From the NCBI GenBank assembly GCA_040752575.1, contig JBFMGK010000076.1:1-63907 (forward strand): a DNA stretch of 63,907 nucleotides. The letters are read 5' to 3'. Made by a program: the position numbers and the translations under genes. Source of the DNA: Candidatus Bipolaricaulota bacterium (GTDB taxonomy: Bacteria; Bipolaricaulota; Bipolaricaulia; UBA7950; UBA9294). The notes below the pieces were generated by a model that was given only the letters and a program-made list of their open reading frames with translations, was not told where the DNA came from and ran no database searches. Positions 57,439-63,907 of this stretch are shown here, in pieces (the first letter of the stretch is position 1; every line of letters begins with the position of its first letter).

Positions 57439-59354
57439 TGAGACGCATCGCCCTCGCCGGGCAGCCGAACTGCGGCAAGAGCACGCTGTTCAACCACTGG
57501 GCGGGGACCAAGGCCCACACGTCGAACCTCCCCGGAACCACGGTTGAGTTCTTGGAGAGCGTGGCGCTTATCGACGGCCGCACGGTCAGCGTCGTCGACC
57601 TCCCGGGCACCTATGCGCTGACGTCGCTCGACGAGGCCGAAGTCGAGACGCGCAAGGTCCTGCTCGGCTCGTCGATCGATGTCATCGTGAACGTTATGGA
57701 TGCTTCCCTCCTCGGCCGCGGCCTGGAGCTCACCCTCGAGTTGCTCGAGCTCGGGCGGCCGATGGTCGTCGCGCTGAACATGGCCGACGAAGCCCACCGC
57801 AAGGGGGTCGCGATCGATATCGAGGCGCTGTCGGCGCTGCTTGGCGTGCCGGTGGTGTCTACCGTCGCTCGCCGCGGGACGGGCGTGCGTGCCCTGGCTT
57901 CGGCCGCTCTCTGCGCCGCGGAGAGCGCACAGGCTCCGCGCCCCATCCCCTACGGGGCGGATGTCGAACGGGCGATCGCCGCCGTCGCCGGGAGCCTCGA
58001 CGCGGCGGGCCCTCCGCCCCCGGGAGGCTCGAAGCGGCTCGCGTCGATCAAGCTCCTGGAGCGCGACCCGCTCTTTGTCGCGTGGGCCGAGGCGGAGGCT
58101 CCCGAGGCCATCGCAACCGCCGAGGACGCGGGCCGCGTCCTCGAGACGACACGGGGCGCCGAGCGCGAGACGGTGATCTCTGCGGAACGTCACGCGCGCG
58201 CCATGGACCTTGCAGAGCGTTCTTCTCGCGTCGGGCGCCCGATCGTTTCGTGGAGCGACCGCATCGACGGCGCGCTCATGCACCCTGTTCTGGGGCTGCC
58301 CATCCTCGCCGCGATCCTGTACGGCCTCTTCGTCGCCGTGTTCCGCGGCGGCGCGTTCGTCGAGGTGCCGCTGTTCGGCCTGTTCGAGGGATGGTCGGCC
58401 GATCTCGACGCCCTCCTGGGCGCCGAGACGGCCGTGGCCGCGATCGCCCGCGGAGCGCTCCTCGGAGTCGGCGGCGCGGTCGGGCTCGTGCTCCCCTACC
58501 TTTTGCCGTTCCTGCTTGGAATGACGCTTCTCGAAGACATCGGCTACCTTCCGCGCGTCGGCTACCTGCTCGACGGACTCATGCACCGCGTCGGCCTGCA
58601 CGGCAAGTCGGTCATCCCGTTCATTCTCGGTTACGGATGCAGCGTTCCGGCCGTCATGGCCACCCGGATTCTCGACTCGCGCCGCGATCGTGTCGTCACG
58701 GCAGCGCTGGCCGTCATGGTGCCGTGCGTGGCGCGCGCCACCGTCGTCTTCGGCTTGGTCGGCGCGTTCCTCGGCGGCGGCTGGGCGTTCCTTCTCTTCG
58801 TCGTGAACGTCGCGGTCATCGCGGGTGTCGGCCGGCTGCTGACCGTCGTGTGGCCGTCGGCGTCGCCCGGCCTCCTCCTCGAGATCCCGAGCTACAAGAC
58901 TCCTGGGCTGAAGAGCGTGGCATCGAAGGTCTGGTTCCGCGTGCGCGACTTCCTCCAGTCGGCCGTTCCCTTGCTCGTCCTGGGGAGCATCGCGATGAGC
59001 CTTCTCGAGTTCGCGGGAGCCGACGACGTGCTGAACTGGATCGCCAGGCCTTTCACCTGGACTCTCGGTCTTCCGTTCGCCCTCGGAATCCCGCTCATCT
59101 TCGGCGTGTTCCGCAAGGAGCTGGCGCTCGTTCTCGTGATGCAGGCCCTGGGGACGGCACAGGTCCTCGACCTCTTGTCGCGCGGCCAGATCGTCACCCT
59201 CACCCTGTTCATCCTGTTCTACATCCCCTGCGTCGCCACCGTCGCCGTCCTGAAGCGCGAGTTGGGCTGGCGCCCGACAGCGGCCGTCCTCGCGGGGACG
59301 ACGGGTCTTGCACTGCTGGTCGGCCTTGCCGCGCGGGGCCTCTTCGCCCTTTGA
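57438..59354 (+). CDS. feoB: Ferrous iron transport protein B
   Basis: GQPNCGKS, DLPGTY, NMAD, GYGCSVPA, YIPCVAT. Confidence 0.95.
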   Translation: MRRIALAGQPNCGKSTLFNHWAGTKAHTSNLPGTTVEFLESVALIDGRTVSVVDLPGTYALTSLDEAEVETRKVLLGSSIDVIVNVMDASLLGRGLELTLELLELGRPMVVALNMADEAHRKGVAIDIEALSALLGVPVVSTVARRGTGVRALASAALCAAESAQAPRPIPYGADVERAIAAVAGSLDAAGPPPPGGSKRLASIKLLERDPLFVAWAEAEAPEAIATAEDAGRVLETTRGAERETVISAERHARAMDLAERSSRVGRPIVSWSDRIDGALMHPVLGLPILAAILYGLFVAVFRGGAFVEVPLFGLFEGWSADLDALLGAETAVAAIARGALLGVGGAVGLVLPYLLPFLLGMTLLEDIGYLPRVGYLLDGLMHRVGLHGKSVIPFILGYGCSVPAVMATRILDSRRDRVVTAALAVMVPCVARATVVFGLVGAFLGGGWAFLLFVVNVAVIAGVGRLLTVVWPSASPGLLLEIPSYKTPGLKSVASKVWFRVRDFLQSAVPLLVLGSIAMSLLEFAGADDVLNWIARPFTWTLGLPFALGIPLIFGVFRKELALVLVMQALGTAQVLDLLSRGQIVTLTLFILFYIPCVATVAVLKRELGWRPTAAVLAGTTGLALLVGLAARGLFAL

Positions 59355-59402
59355 GCTGGCTTTCGCGGCGTCCGCGGGTATGCTTCCCCGTTGAGGAGGA
59401 CC

Positions 59403-60005
59403 ATGGCCCGTTGGCAGGATGTCGCAGAACAGGGATGGGCTCCGCGGCGGCGCGTTCCCGTGGAGTCGACGGCCCCCGAAGAGGCTCGCGACCGGCAGCT
59501 TGACGCCACCGCGCGAGCGGCGTTCGACCACCTTCGTGCGTATGGCAACTGCGCTCGCGCAACGCTCTGGGCCGTCGCGACGCACCTAGGGATTCCCGCC
59601 CCCGACGCGGTTCGCGCGATGCTCGGGCTCTGCGGCGGGATCGCGGGAACCGGCGGAACATGCGGCGGCGTGATCGGCGGCCTCGCGGCGCTCGGCCTGG
59701 GACTGGGCTCGGCGGATCTGATGGACGCCGCGGGTCAGCAACTCGTTCGAACGGCCAGCGCCGAGTTTGTCGCGGAGTTTCGCAAGACATTCGGATCGGC
59801 CCTCTGTTTCGAGGTTCAGGAAGGTCTCGTCGGATTTCGGAATGACAACCCCTCGAAAGAGCCGGCCTGGAAGGCCGCAGGAGGGTGCGTCGCGTGCGCC
59901 CTCGTGTGTGGCGAAGCCGCGCGCTCGGCGGCAAGGATCGTCCTCGATCGCCGCGCGTGCGCAAGCCCCCCGCAGGCTACGCCCGGTCCCGCACCCGCTC
60001 CCTAA
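59403..60005 (+). CDS. C-GCAxxG-C-C family protein
   Basis: NCARA, TCGGVIGG, GSALC, GGCVAC. GAGGAGG RBS. Confidence 0.8.
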   Translation: MARWQDVAEQGWAPRRRVPVESTAPEEARDRQLDATARAAFDHLRAYGNCARATLWAVATHLGIPAPDAVRAMLGLCGGIAGTGGTCGGVIGGLAALGLGLGSADLMDAAGQQLVRTASAEFVAEFRKTFGSALCFEVQEGLVGFRNDNPSKEPAWKAAGGCVACALVCGEAARSAARIVLDRRACASPPQATPGPAPAP

Positions 60006-60408
60006 GCGCAGCAGCTCTTGCGCCCCGCGCGGCGTCCTGCGCCGCACGCAGTTCCCGGTCGAATCCAGCCAACGCGCGCCGCGCCTCTTCATCCCCTGCC
60101 TCGGCCGCGCGCCACGCCTCGAGGAACCCGTCCAGCTCTTCGGACACCTCCACCGATGTGTGGAACTGGGCAAACGCCGCGGCGTTCACGCGGACGCTCA
60201 GTCCGTCGGCGTATTCGACCTTGAGGTAGATCGCACCCCGCGGCGTTGGATCGTCCGAACGACCTTCCCAGAGGACGTCCAGCACACACCCGTTGCCCCA
60301 CCTTGCGTCCCGCGCCGTCACGTGTGCCCCGGAGAAGGCTCGCCACCTCGCGAGATCCTCGCCCGCAAAACGGGAGACCTCGGCAGACGGAACCCGATGC
60401 GTAGACAT
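59977..60408 (-). CDS. Hypothetical protein
   Basis: AAGGAGAGG RBS and protein-like composition. Confidence 0.6.
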   Translation of the reverse strand: MSTHRVPSAEVSRFAGEDLARWRAFSGAHVTARDARWGNGCVLDVLWEGRSDDPTPRGAIYLKVEYADGLSVRVNAAAFAQFHTSVEVSEELDGFLEAWRAAEAGDEEARRALAGFDRELRAAQDAARGARAAALRERVRDRA

Positions 60409-60571
60409 GCCTCTCCTTTCCCCACCGCCAGCGCAGACGAGAGAATCGTACGGCGTGCCGATGCGTACGGCGAGCGCCGCGCAGGTGTCATGTCGGAATG
60501 GGGCGCGCGTGTCCTACACTCGGAACTCGCACGCCCCTCCGCGCGGGGGCGTCTCGCCGCACCATGGGACG

Positions 60572-61231
60572 ATGAACGGTCGGCGCTTTCGGCAGACGAT
60601 CCTCGCCGGGCTCGGCGTGATGGCCGGGCTCGCCGTTCTCTCGGGTTGCAGCCTCCTGCCTCACCCTGCGGCGCGCGTCTCGCTCCAGGCCACCCCGGTC
60701 GAGGGCACGGCGCCGCTTGAAGTCTGCCTCGAGGTCTTGGTCGCACCGGACCCGGACCTCGTCGTGCGCTGCGAGTGGCTGATCGACGGCGTCGCTTGGC
60801 CCTTGGACAATCGCCTGGTTCGAACGACGTTCCACGAGCCGGGAACCCACCGGATCTCGGTCACGGCCTACGTCAGCGACGGAGTCGCCGCAGTTGCCGA
60901 CACCGAAGTCGTCGTCATCAACACCCCCCCGATCGCCAGTCTGCGTCTCTCCAACGACGCCCCGCTCGTGGGCGAGTGGGTCGTCGCCGACGCGTCGGGA
61001 TCGTGGGACGCCGACGAGAACCTTGCCAGTTTCGAGTGGCGCTTCGGCGATGGGACCGTCGCCACCGGCGTCGTGACCGGCCACGCGTATACGACGGAAG
61101 GCGCATTCACCGTGAGCCTGACGGCCATCGACGCCGCCGGAGCCCGTGCGACGGCCGAGCACCGCGTGATCGTCCACGCAGGCTCGCCTGGTGGAGGGTG
61201 CTCGGGCGGCGGCGGCGTGAGCCTTCGCTAG
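60572..61231 (+). CDS. PKD-domain lipoprotein
   Basis: Lipobox LSGC, GTAPLEV, DASGSWD..WRFGDG..HAY. Confidence 0.8.
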   Translation: MNGRRFRQTILAGLGVMAGLAVLSGCSLLPHPAARVSLQATPVEGTAPLEVCLEVLVAPDPDLVVRCEWLIDGVAWPLDNRLVRTTFHEPGTHRISVTAYVSDGVAAVADTEVVVINTPPIASLRLSNDAPLVGEWVVADASGSWDADENLASFEWRFGDGTVATGVVTGHAYTTEGAFTVSLTAIDAAGARATAEHRVIVHAGSPGGGCSGGGGVSLR

Positions 61232-62013
61232 CCGCTCGCGGCCGGCTTCTTCCCGGTGCTCGCAAGGTAGATGGCGAACCTGTCGACGCCGTCGAGGCCG
61301 AACAGCGCGTTCACCGCGTCGTCGTCGTAGGCGCCGATCATGCACGCGCCGGCGCCGATCGCCTCGCACGCCAGGCTCAGATTCTGGCCAACGTGTCCTG
61401 CATCGAGGTACAGGTAGCGATACCCGCGCTCTCCGTAGCGCCAGGTCATCCGCTCGCGAACCGCAACCCAGACGAACGTCGCGGCGGCGCGCTCGATCAT
61501 CTCCTGGCCCAAACACGCCGCGGCGAGAGCAGCGGGCCGGACCCCTGGAAGGTCAAGAGCCAAGAGCTTCCCGTCGAGCGGCAGATACTGGTAGGCTCCC
61601 GGAGCGAGGCCGGAGATGCGGCCCGCGACGACGATCGTCTCGAAGGCGTGACGTGCCCCGGCGGAGGGCACGTTGCGAAAGGTCACGCGATGAACGCGCG
61701 GCTCGACACCCTCCTTTCGCGCGGGTTCGCGGCCTTCCCAGGTGCGCGTGATCCCCTGCGTCGCCCACAGCAAGTACGAGAGATCGGCCAGCGACAGCGG
61801 CTGGTCGGAGTAGGTCCGAAGGCTCCGCCGCCCCGAGATCGCATCGCGAAGCGAGAAGGCGCCCAACGCGGCCTCCTGCGCCGCGGGAAGCTCAAGCTCG
61901 TCGCCCCCGGCGAGCCGTACTTCCAGCGGCGGCTGGTCCAACCCGAGCTTCTGGTCCGAGGGCCCGAGGCGCACGATCGTCGTCTCCCGCTGGAATCTCT
62001 CGCCCGTTTCCAT
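61228..62013 (-). CDS. SagB/ThcOx-family nitroreductase-fold protein
   Basis: RRSLRTYS, LLWATQG, PSAGARH, YGERGYRY..LDAGH, IGAYDD. Confidence 0.88.
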   Translation of the reverse strand: METGERFQRETTIVRLGPSDQKLGLDQPPLEVRLAGGDELELPAAQEAALGAFSLRDAISGRRSLRTYSDQPLSLADLSYLLWATQGITRTWEGREPARKEGVEPRVHRVTFRNVPSAGARHAFETIVVAGRISGLAPGAYQYLPLDGKLLALDLPGVRPAALAAACLGQEMIERAAATFVWVAVRERMTWRYGERGYRYLYLDAGHVGQNLSLACEAIGAGACMIGAYDDDAVNALFGLDGVDRFAIYLASTGKKPAASG

Positions 62014-62195
62014 CGCAACTCCCTCCTTGGTGTCGGAACCCCGGCGCATCCGCCGGGGTACGTAGGTGCGGTGGTCCTCCTTCTCTGCCCCACCGCGCCT
62101 CCCTATACTGGGACCACGCGAGCGAGAGGACAAGCCATCGAGCTGGGGAGGAGTCCCGCCGAAGATTCAGGGCCGCTCGAGTAAGGAGGCTGGAC

Positions 62196-63827
62196 ATGAA
62201 GCGTGGATGGCTCATCGTCGGAGTGCTGCTCGCGGTCGCGTCGTTTGCCGCCGCGGCACAAGTCGAAGGTCCATTGGGGTACGTTCGAGACGATCTGCAA
62301 CTCATTAGTCAACAGAGTCTGCCCGAGTGGTCGGCGCGGTGGACGGGGCCGATCCAAGCCGCCACGATCCTTGCGTGGTTCGCCGACAACGGCTACCCGC
62401 GGTTTCTGCGCGACTACAACGGCGACGGCGTGATCGACGAACTCGATACCATCCAACTGGCCGACAACCTCGGCCGCATGCTGATGAAGACCGAGACGAT
62501 GCGCGGGACGACCGACGCACGCCTGGTGCTCGGACTCGCGCAGTTCGTCGCGGACACGTATCCGGACGAGTTCGTGCTCAAGATCTACGACGCCGGGTTC
62601 GGCGCCGAGCTCGCCGCCGAGGGCGCGGGGCCTTTCTCCGAAACCATGGTCCCTGGGATCCTTCTGAGTCTGGAAGGAGAGCCGAACCTGGGCGCCTACG
62701 AGTCCGAACTGCTCGAGGCCGAGGGCGTCATCGTCGGCCTGGACGACGTAGCGGACAACAACGCCTACCTCTCCGGACGCTCCTTCCTCTACGAAGAGAC
62801 GACCGATGGGTACACGCCCGTCGACCTCGCGTGGTCCGAGGAAGACCGCTGGGAGGACGGATTCCAGGGGCAGGTTCTCGAGACGCTCGCGATGCAGAGC
62901 GACGCGTTCTACATTGACTACCGCGGCGCATGGACGCTCGTCGAGTTCTTGCTGGCGCTCTCGCCGCTTCGCGAACCCAGCCCCGGAGGACCGGTCTCGC
63001 CCTGTCCGGAGGACGCGATCGCGTACGACGTGACCGAGACGACGACGACTTTCGGGCGTGTGCGCATCGAGGAATGCGTCACGCGCGAGACGATCGACGG
63101 CGTCGTGCTCGATACCTACGAGTACATCGTGACGAACATCGATTTCGTCTACAACGGCTGCGGCATTTGCCTGTTCTTCATCCCCGATGTCGGAGTCACG
63201 ACGACGGTCGACATGGACGGGCCGAATCTCTGGATGATGCACGCCGGCTGGGCGGGATGGTGGTGGGGCGCGCCGCTGGGCTCGTGCGGCATTCTCCCGG
63301 GGACGACGGCCGTCTTCTCGTTCACCGTCATCGGTCCGACGTTCGACACGTGGCTTACCGGCGCCGTCGGCGCTTGCGCGCCGGCACCGGTCCCGGGTGT
63401 CGCGGTCTCCAAGGTGCCGCTGTTGCCCGTCCGCACGACCGGACCGGGTGAGGGAACGCCGGACGACGGCGAGCCCGACGGCGATTGCCCCGACCTCGTC
63501 GTCCGCATCCTGGGAGCGAACTGCGTCTACATCGGGCGGGAATTCCAGGTCACCGTCGCCGCGCGCGTCCTGAACATCGGAACCGCAACGGCCGACGCCA
63601 ATTTCGTGCAGATGACTTCCAGCATGGGCGGCGACACGGAGTTCATCCTCGCCCTCGCGCCGGGGGCGAGCGACGACGTGGAATTCACGATCTCCTTCAC
63701 AGCCAACCAGTTGCCGCCGTGCCCGCTCGAGTTCACCGTCGAGGCCGACGCCTTCAACTCCGTCACAGAGTGCAACGAGGACAACAACGAGGCCGAGGGC
63801 AGCGTGTACTGCCCGAACTGCAAGTAG
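62196..63827 (+). CDS. Secreted multidomain protein with C-terminal CARDB-like domain
   Basis: Signal peptide, DYNGDGVIDELD Ca-binding-like motif, PDLVV..NIG..ECNEDNN. AAGGAGG RBS. Confidence 0.8.
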   Translation: MKRGWLIVGVLLAVASFAAAAQVEGPLGYVRDDLQLISQQSLPEWSARWTGPIQAATILAWFADNGYPRFLRDYNGDGVIDELDTIQLADNLGRMLMKTETMRGTTDARLVLGLAQFVADTYPDEFVLKIYDAGFGAELAAEGAGPFSETMVPGILLSLEGEPNLGAYESELLEAEGVIVGLDDVADNNAYLSGRSFLYEETTDGYTPVDLAWSEEDRWEDGFQGQVLETLAMQSDAFYIDYRGAWTLVEFLLALSPLREPSPGGPVSPCPEDAIAYDVTETTTTFGRVRIEECVTRETIDGVVLDTYEYIVTNIDFVYNGCGICLFFIPDVGVTTTVDMDGPNLWMMHAGWAGWWWGAPLGSCGILPGTTAVFSFTVIGPTFDTWLTGAVGACAPAPVPGVAVSKVPLLPVRTTGPGEGTPDDGEPDGDCPDLVVRILGANCVYIGREFQVTVAARVLNIGTATADANFVQMTSSMGGDTEFILALAPGASDDVEFTISFTANQLPPCPLEFTVEADAFNSVTECNEDNNEAEGSVYCPNCK

Positions 63828-63907
63828 GCAAGAGACGCTTCGCGGGCGCCGGGACGTGAGGCCGGCGCCCACATCCCGCGGCACCCCGGGGCGGGCGGGC
63901 GACGCCC

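Noticed and set aside
61228..62013. RiPP (TOMM) biosynthetic cluster
   Set aside because: The SagB-like gene stands alone, with no YcaO or precursor peptide seen.

Overview
GC-rich bacterial chromosomal window with about 60 CDS and 2 tRNAs. Gene style and content tentatively suggest an anaerobe such as Ca. Bipolaricaulota; this is inference only. In order: pstS; an unusual ArsC-NadC-NadA triple fusion with nadB; an XRE-associated sulfur-relay operon (tandem C-GCAxxG-C-C protein, two-Cys DsrC/TusE, cysteine desulfurase); an arsR-acr3-AhpD/CMD operon with no arsC; a xanthine-dehydrogenase-family/fdrA/DUF1116/cyclase/DUF2877 cluster; an orphan Lar-like gene; cysK-cysE; a GNAT-thiolase-DUF35 operon; rpsI-rpmE-DUF1385; tsaD, hpt, copA, rnc, spoVG, mutS2; DMT and MATE transporters; an amidase; feoA-fur-feoB with a Fur box; and several secreted proteins with PKD, CARDB or Ig-like domains. 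Both tRNA genes (Arg-CCT, Gln-TTG) abut the upstream CDS stop codon. Both are followed by tandem structured repeats with hairpins complementary to the tRNA 3' end and degenerate tRNA 3' copies. No CRISPR array, integrase or transposase was recognised. All family calls come from motifs recognised by eye, with no database search.
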